DNA from: Eledone cirrhosa
Taxonomy: Eukaryota
Length of the DNA stretch: 64,000 nucleotides
Assembly: GCA_964016885.1 (NCBI GenBank)
Contig: OZ024741.1
Coordinates: 93,124,001-93,188,000 of the forward strand
Direction: 5' to 3'
In this document: in pieces, positions 14,152 through 25,729 of the stretch
Position numbering within the stretch: position 1 is the stretch's first letter
Layout of the letters: every line of letters begins with the position of its first letter
Translations under genes and position numbers: made by a program
The notes under the pieces: model-generated
Databases searched by the model: none
What the model saw: only the letters and a program-made list of their open reading frames with translations
What the model was told of the DNA's origin: nothing

Positions 14152-14815
14152 TGTATATATATATATATATATATAATTATGTATATATATATATATATAT
14201 ATAATTATGTATATATATATATATATATAAATATGTATATATATATATATATAAATATGTATATATATTTATATATATAAATATGTATATATATCAATAT
14301 ATATATATATGTATATATATATATAAATATGTATATATATCAATATATATATATATGTATATATATATATAAATATGTATATATATCAATATATATATAT
14401 ATGTATATATATATATAAATATGTATATATATCAATATGTATATATATATATCAATATGTATATATATATGTATATATATCAATATGTATATATATATAT
14501 AAATATGTATATATATATATATATCTATATATATCAATATGTATATATATATCAATATGTATATATATATATAAATATGTATATATATAAATATGTATAT
14601 ATATGTATATATATAAATATGTATATATATAAATATGTATATATATATGTATATATATGTATATATATAAATATGTATATATATATGTATATATATATGT
14701 ATATATATAAATATGTATATATATATGTATATATATATGTATATATATAAATATGTATATATATAAATATGTATATATATATGTATATATATAAATATGT
14801 ATATATATAAATATA
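12880..14815. repeat. Degenerate (TA)n array with local TAAATATG, TAATTATG and TCAATATG variants
   Basis: Direct inspection. Confidence 0.97.
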
Positions 14816-14974
14816 AATAAGCAAGATGTATGGTCGGTCGTACGTAAATCGCGATGATCATGCCTGACCTACCAAATATGCGACGGCAGCTAGTTAAGCT
14901 CTATGCGTATAAGCAAAGCAGAAATATTAATGAAAAAGAACAAAGGAACTATTATGACATTATAACAAGTTTAT

Positions 14975-15021
14975 TGCCGACAGCCGTTTCGTCCGACCAT
15001 ATGGTGGGACTTTTCAAGGCA
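14975..15021 (-). ncRNA. Hammerhead ribozyme variant with UUGAAAA core
   Basis: Minus strand TGCC-TTGAAAA-GTCCcACCATATGGTcGGAC-GAAAC(ggct)GT-C-GGCA. Confidence 0.75.
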
Positions 15022-17286
15022 TATAACAGGTGATTGTAAGTTCATTATTTACATCAACGTTTCACTCAAGATTAGCAGTTTGAAATTGTGGTATACATCA
15101 ACAGCTCAGCTTGTTTATCTGAGGTCTATATTCTAAGGGGGCTCTTTTATAATAGTTGTAGGAGTTGTAAAAGGGATGGGTTATAGGGAATTAGGAGAAT
15201 TTGAAAAGGGCCTAAATGTTAGGGATTGAAGGTTAAAAATTAAAGAATTTATAAGTTACGCATTAAAAGTAAAAGACTTGGTATCCCTTAAAAGCACCCT
15301 AAAAAACACCTCAATAAGCGCATAAAGCTTGTAAGCCCCAATAAACCTAAAAAACCAGAAGAGATTAAGAGAATAAAAAAATAAAAAGTTTCCTAAAAAA
15401 TTCCTTCAAAAAAATTTTAAAAAAAAATTTAAGAAAATTTACGAAGATTTAATAATCCCTACGAAAGTTCTAAACTTAAAAATTAGGGAAAAAAATACTT
15501 TCAAAAAGATTTAAGAGGTTAATAAAGTTAATGATTTAGGGAATCCATAATATAAAGATTAAGATTTAAGTTAGGATTTGAAGTTTAAGAGTTCCAAACC
15601 CAGAAATTAAAAAATTTAATGAATTTAAGATTAAGAAATCTTATATATCCAAGATTAAAAATTAAAGATTAAGAGGTTGAACATTAAATTTAAAAATTAA
15701 GAAATAAATAGTTGAAAGAAATTAATCAATTAAAGGTTAATTCAAAAAGCCTTCAAAAATTCCTTCAGAAAAGGCCTCTTTAATATTTTTAATAAAAACC
15801 TCTTCTGAAAGACCCTTCAAAGAATTAAAAATTTAGAGAATCTTTAAAAATATATATAAATGAATTGAAGAAAATTACGGAATTTGGGAGATCTGAGGGA
15901 TTTCCAAAGGGTTGCTTTCAACAGATATAACAACTTAGGTATAATAAATAAAGTAATTTAAGTAATCTAATTAAGGAGCAATTCAAAGAGCTTATCAAGT
16001 TGGGCTCGAAGATTAAAGAAAATGATAAGTAAGAAAATATATAAGCAAAAAGACAATAATTATAAAATGTAAGGTATTAAGAAGGTATTAAAATGTAAGG
16101 TATTAAGAAGGTATTAAATAGCTTAAGTAATCTAATAATGTATTATCAAAAAATTATTACTATAGGATTAATAAAGATATAATAATATATTGCTGCCTAA
16201 TTAACAAACAATTAATAAACAATTAACAGTCAAGCAAATTTACTCAGGGATATCCCACACATGGATACTTTACACATATACAGCAAGATGAACAATATAA
16301 GTGACCTTGTAGGTGCGATGTCCATTGTGCACATGCAATCATCTGCATAGCTCCGGGCACAGTTGGTCTTGTTGAAAAGTTCCGAGTTCACGAATCAAGT
16401 GGGATTCACTATCAGCTGTGTGCACTCTCTGGGAGATGGACCTGCTGATCAAACAGCTAGTGGTCGCAGGGTGTGCTCCGTTCGATCTTTTCCATGTAGT
16501 TTCGGTCGTGCCAGTTATTAAGCCATGCGTGGGATCGCAGGCGTTTGCGATAGATCAGCCTGCCGGTTCTAAATCCAAGGTTTTGCTGTATAGGATATAT
16601 TGGTGTATAGGATATAATGGCAAAAAAGTCCACTTTTGGACTTGACTGGGGTGGTATATTGTGTCTCTTGCTATTATTATCCCCTCCTCTCCCCAATTCC
16701 AAGTTCACACGCGACTGGTTAAATGCTAAGGACTGTCCCCTCTTTGTTTGTTGTTATATGTAGTAGGGGTCGGTTCTAGCTTAGATGGTGGTCGTATTAT
16801 CCATATTGCTTCTATATCCTGTCAGTCATGCATATTCAAGATAGATCACGGTGTATATGCAGATATTTGCGAGTATGGTCCGGCGTCTATGCTATCTAAA
16901 GGATCTCGTGGCATTTTCAAATTCGCATGTCATCTACCGGTTAAGTCTGCGCATGCCTCGGTGATTCCCGTGCGTGGAATATTCGGGTATCATATTACAC
17001 GGGGTGACTAGCAGAAAATACATACTCCATGCTACCGCGCACGCGCAGGCCTGTGGCTACCACCATGTCCAGTCGCGGGTAGTAGCTGACAGCAGGTAGA
17101 CTAGCAAGATATACCCTAGTTCAAGAGCGCCCAGCAATAATGCTGCCACCAATCCCACTTTGGCAAGTGGGACACCAGAGTCCCCATCGGCAAGTGGGGA
17201 GCTGAGGCAACAATGGGGCCGGGGTTACTCAAGAACAACCTATTCGCCAGCGGGGCAGCCATGTGCGAGACAGGGTGGGGTCAGGG

Positions 17287-19052
17287 TTAGGTGTCCGGTC
17301 TGAAGAAAAAGAAAGAGCTAAGTATAGTATGGGGGCAGGACGAGAAGATTTCTGACCTCCTGTTGAGCAAGTTAAGTCCTGAGAATACTATGGCATGAGA
17401 TTCAGTTAGGCACAGGCTACAGTACCTGCTTAACGAGCTATATGGAGGAGCTTTAGTAAGGCATCTCCAGCTTAGTGTGTAGGGGTTTTTGCTTGTTTTA
17501 AGTTATGTATGTGTCCCGCTAACGACGTGGTATTTTTAAGCTTCTCATTTCGGAAGCTATGCTGGTGGACGTTGAATCTCGTCTTGAACTGGTTAGCGGT
17601 TGACCCCACATACGTCTTAGTATACGTGTCTGTGGTTACATTACAAGCATATACTACGTTCTTAATAAGGCAGTGTCCAGCTAGTGGGCATTTGTCCTTC
17701 CGTCGGCAATTACACTTCCTAATAGGGTCGTGCTCCTCAATCAGGGGTGTATGTCCCTCCAAGCGGCCGTGGGTCGGTCCCATGTTGTCGTGTGTACTGG
17801 CGTGGTTCACTATTTCGGATGGCCTTAAGTCCCTCTTTAATCTTACTCTTATTGGTCTTAGCTAGGTGGGAGGCCAGATTAGGGATTGTCGAGTACGATA
17901 GTTTGATAGTATTCTTATTGATGACACTACCGTACCTACTACCCGGGAGGAATTCCTATCTATCAAAGAGAAAAAAGATTTGGGGAGGTTAGTAAGAATA
18001 TTAGAGTTGAAGGGCGGGTTAAAGAAGGTGCTATTACGTCTTCTATTCTTTCCACTGCGTTTCTTATCCCCTATGCTGCTTACCCTCCCTTTATCTAGAT
18101 TATTATGGGTTCTACCAGATGTGCGTCCTGGGCTCCTGGTGGTATGTGTATTGGTCTCAAATCTCCTAGACCTCTGGCCCCCGTTTTCACTGTTGGTCTT
18201 GCTTGGGGCGGCATAACGCTTTCCAGCCGTGCGGGCCTTATCCGAGTCTGCATTGCGAGTGTTGGTGTTCTTAGCTAAATTCTTATTGTCCCTATTCGTC
18301 TTTCTAGACCTCCCTTCATCCCCCATGGACATATTATGCGTGATTATAGTGCTGGGTTGGGGTAGTGGGGTGGTGCCGTTTGTCTCAATATAATGAAGTT
18401 TATCTTTGTGCCTTGACCTAGCTAACGCCTTATTGTAATACTCCGCATTTGCCTCAAATGCGGTCACGTTGCTAGATAGTCCGCTAATCCTACTAGATAC
18501 TCCCTTAACTATTGCTTTGAGGACTGAGCCTGGGTGGTTGGAGTTGGCATTGACGTATGTCAGCCTCTCGTTAGGTTTATGGTACGGTGTATATTCTAAC
18601 TTATCTAGGTCTAGTGTGGCATCTAGAAAGTTGACTACCTTACTATTTCTATCCATAGTTATTGATAGGTTAAAGTTCTTGAAGAATTTATATAGGTCCT
18701 TTCTAGTTCTTTCTAGGTTGTGTCGTTTAAACTCCACAGTAAGCAATGCGTTGTCTCGGTACAGCCCACCTCTGAGGTGTGGGAACTGCTCGTTGAGCTC
18801 CTTGAGCAGGTACAAGCTGACGAGTTCTGTCACCTGTGCCGAGTCACTAGACCCCATAGTGATGTCAAAGTTATTATGTGTGTTCTTGCGCGTCCACAAT
18901 TCATCCTCAAATGTGATAATTGTTTTACGAGCGGCAAGAACTATGTCAATCTGGGATCTAGTGATTCCGCCCGTCCGCATTGCCAGTATGAACACCTTAT
19001 TCAGTATTATGGGGGATATAGACGTATAGTAGGAGTCTATATCGAACTGGAT
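17287..19052 (-). pseudogene. PLE RT-GIY-YIG, frameshifted
   Basis: ORFs 17862..18995 (MGSSDSAQ, LYRDN, YHKPNE) and 17472..17810 (CNCRRKDKCPLAGHC, NVVY..YVGST). Confidence 0.88.
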
Positions 19053-19273
19053 ATGTATATATATATATATATATAAATATGGTATAAGATTATCCTAGAT
19101 GCAGTAATGGTTAATTACTACACTGGATAGAGTTGACATACGGTAAGAGGTTACTCAACGAGTTATGGAAGAATTGTTGAAGAAACTTAGTTCCTGATCC
19201 TTCTGTATTCCGGACTGTAGATAAAGAATGAATAATAACAGGTAGACATCATAAAAAGGTAATTTATTCTGTG

Positions 19274-19385
19274 TGCTTACAAATGTTTCCACGGTGGTTA
19301 TACAGCCTAGTTATGCTATGTGCAAATTTATAACTATTTGCAAAACTCAATTATCAAATGCTGTGACCACTGTATCATCAGAGCA
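19274..19385 (-). ncRNA. Type I hammerhead ribozyme with long stem II
   Basis: Minus strand TGCT-CTGATGA-TACAGTGGTCACAGC...GCTGTATAACCACCGTG-GAAAC(attt)GT-A-AGCA. Confidence 0.8.
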
Positions 19386-19864
19386 GAATGGTTAAAATGT
19401 ACAATGTAAATACCCTTAAGTGAGGTTATTGGTGAAGATAGAGTAGAAAAGGGAGAGGAAGAGAGAGAGAAAGCTATGCAGGGGTTGGAGAAATGGGAGA
19501 GAGTGGTTTATAGTTATCTTAATCAAAATGTTGTGGTAGGGGTTTTATTATACTGGTTACTCTTAAAGCGACCACCTTAAGCGATGCGTTGATAGTTAAG
19601 GTTGGAATTATTTATTGCCCCAGAGAGCAGGTTCATAGATGTGGGGAGGGAGGGAGGTAGGCCTAGGGCGAGAGAGAGAGAGAGTGGAATGGATAGAGAC
19701 GGGACAAACGAAAGCTATGGGGTGGGTGAACATTGGGTTCATAGTAGTAATCTACGAATTGCACTAAGTTCCCATTTATAGTGATAAGCAGGGTATTGTC
19801 TTGTAGTGTAGGGGAAGAGAAAGTGGTTAGCTAGAAAGCAATGTTATAGTTACGGGTTCGAATG

Positions 19865-22800
19865 TTAAGTTATTTTATAGTGAGAGAATTTAGCTTTCAG
19901 TTTGTGGTTGCAGTATAATGTTCGTTCAATTCTATCATTTAATAATTTATTTTTGGATTTTAAGATGTAAAAGAGTTCAAGGTTACATAACCTACAGTAC
20001 TTCAATTCACTCCGATATGCACTTGCGCTGGAAAGTATATCCCATTTCAAGGTGAACTGTTGGTTGCGTTCACGGAGTTGCCAGGTCTTGTTGGCGAGCG
20101 TGGTCACTGATCGGTGATCAGGATGTTTAATTGAGAATCGATGACGGTACCAGCGAGATTTAAACGAGGTAGTGGTAGACCAGATGTAATACCATTTCTG
20201 GTCGTTCGATTCAACCGTGCATTGTTAAACAATGTTGTACTTTAGGCATTTATTCTTTAACCCTTTAGCATTCACATTGAATTGTCAAATGTCATGTTCA
20301 TCTATTTGCATTATTTTCACTTAATTATACTCAAGATGGTTATCAATTTTATTTGTTTGTAATTACTTTAATTTTCTATATGCAGACTTGAAATTTTGTC
20401 AGTAGATGTTTAAATAACTATAATTTACAATTATATATTTTTACCTGATTTATTTTGTTAAATTTGACTTTTATGGGCAGCTGAAATTAATTAACAGGTG
20501 TAAAAGTAATAACTTTATGGATAAACACAAAAATTTAAACTTTATCTGCCTTACCTGTTAGATTTGTTGCAAAAAATCCAATAATGATCTAGATGCTGAT
20601 TTCCATCAATTCTAGCAGTTGTCCGAACAGGTGAATTAATTAAAAATGCAGGTGTAATCAGTACAAGGTTTTAGTCTTTCTCTACATTCCAGGCAAATAT
20701 TTTCATTGAAAAAAATGTATAAAACCTTTTCACCAGTCAAAATAATATTGGCAATGTACTCTTACACAATGTACGGTGTAAAATTACGTAACAGAATGTT
20801 CCCAATATATAAGTTCATTAACAGGTGTGACACAGGTGAATGCAGGTGTTTTTGTATATGTGTGCTAATATATTTTTAAAATATTGTTTTCAATATTGTC
20901 AGACAATATTTCTATCGTGATACTGCCCAAAGCACCCTTTACATAATGGCACTTTGCAAAAGGAACACATAAATAGGGTTTGGATTGCGTAACCTTTAAC
21001 AGTTTTTCTCTTTTGCAAAGAGCACAATCGGCAAACCTCCTCCTACCATCAATTCTCTCCACTTTATGAAAATCAATATTTTCTTTGTGAACCACTGCTA
21101 ATTTTGATTTTTTCCCAGCTTTGTGTTTGCGAGAAGTATATCCTCCACGTAGCTGGGATGCAATGTCCACGCGAAACTTCATATGACAGTAGTCCTTTGG
21201 TGGTGGCGGATCCTTGTGGCTTTTAGTAAATACAATAAAAGAATTCACAATGGTTAAATTCACTAAAAACCACGATGTATCACCACCATTTCTGTCCAGG
21301 GCGTCCAACTGGGTAATATGCACAATACTGGTCAGATTTGTCAACTCCACCCATATATTTATTGTAGGAGAGGTTAACTAAAGGTCTACCCTCAGCCCCA
21401 ACACCTGGTTGTTGGTTAGAACTCAGGAACAAAATTTGCTGTTTGTCTTTGAACACTGTGGCTAACATGTTCTCTTTTTGCATTTGGAGAATGTCCCCTC
21501 TGTTTTTCAGTTTCACAACTTTTATTTCTTGGGGTAGCCCTTTCCAATTGCTCATTATTGTGCCGCAGGTGTATATATTTACAAGGGCAAGATCCTCTGC
21601 TAAAAGCACCGAAGAAAAAAAACGGTCATAATAAATGTGTCTGTGTTGAAAGTGGAAGGGTTGAGTCAGCTACCACACAACATCGTAACCCAACCCGTGT
21701 TTTCTCTCTCCGTTAAGTTTTTTTCCTGTGTAAACATCAAAGTTTACACAGTATCCTGTGTCCGATTCACACAGTTCCCACACATTGATGCCCCATTTGG
21801 TGGGTTTAGCTGGCATACACTGTCTGAAATGAACCCTACCGTTATACCCAATCATAGCTTCATCAACACTAAGATTTTTTCCAGGTATATACACACTTTT
21901 AAATTTTTCTGACAACATTTCAATTAATGGTCGTACTTTGTACAGTGGGTCGTAATTTGATTCATTTCTACCAGGGGCATTTGAAGTATCAACCAGATGC
22001 AAATACTGGTTTAATTTGATGAATCTCGTTTTTGCCATAATACTAGATATATAAGGGTCACCAAACCTTATATCAGTACTCCAATAATTCCACAGTCGTG
22101 GAAATTGTTTAATACCAAAAATAATGTTTATGGTAAAAAACGCTTTCATTTCGGCAGAATCTGTTGGCCGCCATAACGGATCAGGTTTTCCTCAGTTATA
22201 AATTTGTTGTTGTGCATAGTGATTTGTCTCCTCTGCCACAACTTCGAAGAAAGTTTGTGGTAAAAATTAAAAAAAATAATCCAGTGCTTTAGCATCGGGT
22301 GGTAATGTGTGTTGTGGTCCAGTATTTTCAGTAAAATTCGAAACATGTATCGGTGTTGTTTCTTTCAACCACGTTGGTGTTTTTTCAATGGTGTGAGTTA
22401 TATCTTCGCTTTCACTTTCAAAGTGACTATCATCATCATCAGATATATCAGAAATAAATATATCTGATTCGTTTGAAGATAAATCACTGATATTATCTTC
22501 TGTTTCTTTTTTATCTCTTGAATGTCGTAGGATGTAAAACCTTCAAATTCGTTGTCGCTACTTTCAGAAGCCATGTTACACTTTCAACGTTAAAAACACG
22601 TGTTATCGCAAGTTCTTTCACTATACTAAGAGTTAATTTTCGCGCGTAAGGGCTTTATCTCGCAGTAATCTCGAATTGACGAGATTTCGATGATGTCAAT
22701 GTTTATTTTTAGGAGATCTCCGTGTAGTATTAAATGTCGGTTTGAATAAATGAAAGGGGACATAATCTTGTTGGTTTTTGTCGGTTTAAATGCTAAAGGG

Positions 22801-24710
22801 TTAATGGACATCTTTCAGGTAGGTGGCAGTTACAGTTTTTGTTGTGGGTAGCGGGTATACCATGGATAGGTTGTGATAGCAGTACAGGTGGGTTGTGTAA
22901 TACCTGTCTCCCATTTAGTGGTTGGGAGGCCGATATTACGTATATGTTATCAAAATATTTTGTTTTGTAGTGTTGTTTAATTGCTTTAAGTTAAGTTTTT
23001 TTTTTGTATGCTTCAAGGTTTGGTGCAGGAGAGTATGATAGCTTAATAGTCTTAGAATTCAGAATTTTACTGTAATTATGGGAACTAGGGAAATGCTTGT
23101 TGATTAACTTAAGGAATGAAAGAGATAGTTTTGTACTAATCGAAGCATTAAGAATGGGATTATACCAGATATACTTTCAACAACGTGATTTATTTGGTGA
23201 TGATTTTCTATTATTAGTATGTCTGGTGGTACTGCGTGTGTGCGCTTGTATTTCAGTACCCCGGTTACGTATTCCTTGATTTTGTGTAGAGCTATGTGTG
23301 TTATGGAGATTCTTATCAATGTATTCTATTGTATCCCAGTGGTCGACATTCCGTAATGCGTTATTATAGTATTCAGCGTGTTCACTAAAAATCTCAGAGT
23401 CAGACGATAGGCAAGAGATTCTAAGAGAAATACTACGGGGAACCGATTTGATCATGGAAAGTGGGTGGTTTGAGTTAAAATTGATATAGGTAAGGTTCTC
23501 ATTTATCTTGTGGAAGGGTTGTATCAGTCCGGTATTTAAATTAAGAGTTACGTCTAGAAAATTTACTACTTTAAGATTGTATTCGTACGTTATTTTTAGA
23601 CCCAGTTCACTAAAAGATTTTCTAATATTTTTCCGTAGCCTTTCAATATTTTGGTTATTTAAGTTATTAACTAATAAGAGCCCGTCATCTCTGTATATTC
23701 CCCCCTGTAGATTACTAAATTTACTATGTAGTATGTGGGCTATGTAAATTCCCACAAGATCGGTGACCTCCGCTGAGTCGTTGGAACCCATGGTAATGTC
23801 GAAGTTTGTGGGTCTGTCCTTACGTTCCCAGTAGCAGTTATCAAACTTGATAATAGTTTTTCTAGCCTCGAGAATAATATTAATTTCGTCCTCCGTTAGG
23901 TCGGAATTGACTTTAGCAAACGATAGGGCCTTACGTAAAGTGCCGGGTGAGATTGAAGAGTAGTATTCGTCTATGTCAAATTGTATAAACTTAGATTTAT
24001 TCTTGTTCTTAACGTTGCGAATTGCTTCGCTAGTGTTGCCCCATAATTTAATTTCTATTTTCTTTTTCACTTGAGTTATTACTCTGTCAAGTATATGTTT
24101 GCTAATTTTTCCTATGTCTGATTTAGAAGGGCATATAAGTCTAATCTTAGGGTTAGAGTCAAAATTTACCTTATGGTCCTTCAGGTTAAAGGTGGGGGTT
24201 GCGGGTATAATCGGCTCGGTTCTATCGTCTATCTTGAGATTCTTCACCACTTTGTATGCCTCATTGTTAATATTTGCTAGCGTAGTTTCACTTGTTTTTC
24301 TATATTTTTTGTGTAGTTCATTGCGTATGAATCTGTTGTATGTATCGATATCCATGGTATACACGTTAGAGGTCTTGTCAGCTTTCACAACAATTCCATT
24401 GGTATTTTGCAGTCTTTGGAGTACTGCTTTCATGTAGCTCATTATTTCTATGTTTGGTAAACTTAATATTTATGGTCGTATTCATTAAATCTTGTTCGAA
24501 AGCATCGAGATGGGGGTTTGTGGGTGGGTTTTTACATGATTTAAAACCATATGATTCAGACGAGTGACTGGCGTGTCCCTTATCGAAATGGAAAGCCTTC
24601 CATCGTACACGCCGAATGAAGTCATTGCGTTGAATCATACCAAGAATGTATTCCCTTTTGTGAGGTATAGGTATGTTTTTAAGTGACATACCTATATGAT
24701 GCCTTTCCAT
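19865..24710 (-). pseudogene. PLE RT-GIY-YIG split by frameshifts and a piggyBac insertion
   Basis: SLKNIP..RVRWKA (24378..24710); ADKT, QFDIDEYY, MGSNDSAE, IYRDDG (23177..24442); GIY-YIG C-terminus (19865..20107). Confidence 0.88.
20261..22800 (-). mobile_element. piggyBac DNA transposon with degenerate transposase
   Basis: TTAA TSDs at 20257-20260 and 22801-22804; 12-bp TIR CCCTTTAGCATT; fragments DPLYKVRP, LSVDEAMI, KPTKWGI, YNKYMGGVDKSDQ and a C-terminal Cys-rich domain. Confidence 0.95.
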
Positions 24711-24762
24711 ATTATTGCCGTGTGTCGGTGTGGTTGCTCAACTGTGCAGGAGGCGATTATTA

Positions 24763-25053
24763 GGTATAAGATTATCCTAGATGCAGTAATGGTTAATTAC
24801 TACACTGGATAGAGTTGACGTACGGTAAGAGGTTACTCAACGAGTTATGGAAGAATTGTTGAAGGAACTTAGTTCCTGATCCTTCTGTATTCCGGAGTGT
24901 AGATAAAGAATGAATAATAACAGGTAGACATCATAAAAAGGTAATTTATTCTGTGTGCTTACAAATGTTTCCACGGTGGTTATACAGCCTAGTTATGCTA
25001 TGTGCAAATTTATAACTATTTGCAAAACTCAATTATCAAATGCTGTGACCACT
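24763..25053 (-). repeat. 5' pseudo-LTR of PLE, near-identical to 19081-19371, truncated inside the ribozyme
   Basis: Both start GGTATAAGATTATCCTAGATGCAG; offset 5682. Confidence 0.93.
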
Positions 25054-25115
25054 ATACATTTGTAAGCACACAGAATAAATTACCTTTTTATGATGTCTAC
25101 TTGTTATTATTCATT

Positions 25116-25185
<70 letters not shown>

Positions 25186-25729
25186 ATACATTCAGTAATT
25201 AGGAATATTCCAAAGCTTGGTAGAACAAGTTGTGAGGAAAGTTATCAACATACGTTAAGGTGACTCGACAGGTTGGTAGGGATTCTGTAGTGGAAACACG
25301 AACAAACGAGGAGTGTAATCAAAAAAGAGAAATAGGACGAAGGTAAACAGTTACAAAAGGATTTAATCCACGTATTAACAATTGTTTCATCATAATTTCA
25401 GTCCATTATTGCTACACTATGTAATAATAGGCAATCAAGAAAGATACTGTGGCATCCGAATTTTCAAAATACAAAATTGAAAAAATGCTGTTTTCATTGA
25501 TCGGCGTTATGAGTAAATTTGTTGTTGTATAAAATGATCTGTTACTTAGTTTTGAAAGTGTATGTTGCGATCGTGTTGTCGCTGATGTAAACTTTAATAG
25601 TGAGAGTGTAGATGTAGGGGTAGATGTCTCATGTACGTTGGATATAGAAGATGAGGCTGCTGGTTTGATGACGAATGGATGGAAATAGAGGTGAGCGGAG
25701 GACAGGTGTTGGTTAAGTGTGAAGTAATT

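Larger units (their letters stand above)
14815..19052 (-). mobile_element. 5'-truncated PLE related to the element at 1-4460
   Basis: Protein similar to ORF 63..2000 (ITRSQIDIVLAARKTII, IITHNMS, FNPPFNS); ~2.5 kb 3' region; variant hammerhead at 14975-15021. Confidence 0.87.
19081..25120 (-). mobile_element. Full-length PLE with pseudo-LTRs and 5' inversion, interrupted by piggyBac
   Basis: Direct repeats 19081-19371 and 24763-25053; inverted segment 25056-25120; broken ORF from ATG 24710 to stop 19865; TA tracts on both flanks. Confidence 0.9.

Noticed and set aside
14821-14915. Twister-like motif at the PLE end
   Set aside because: Only TAAC..GCC resembles the consensus; pseudoknot partners not found
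16418-17011. Short ORFs in the PLE 3' region as a second gene
   Set aside because: Multiple stops on extension, no recognisable motif, no matching ORF in the sister element
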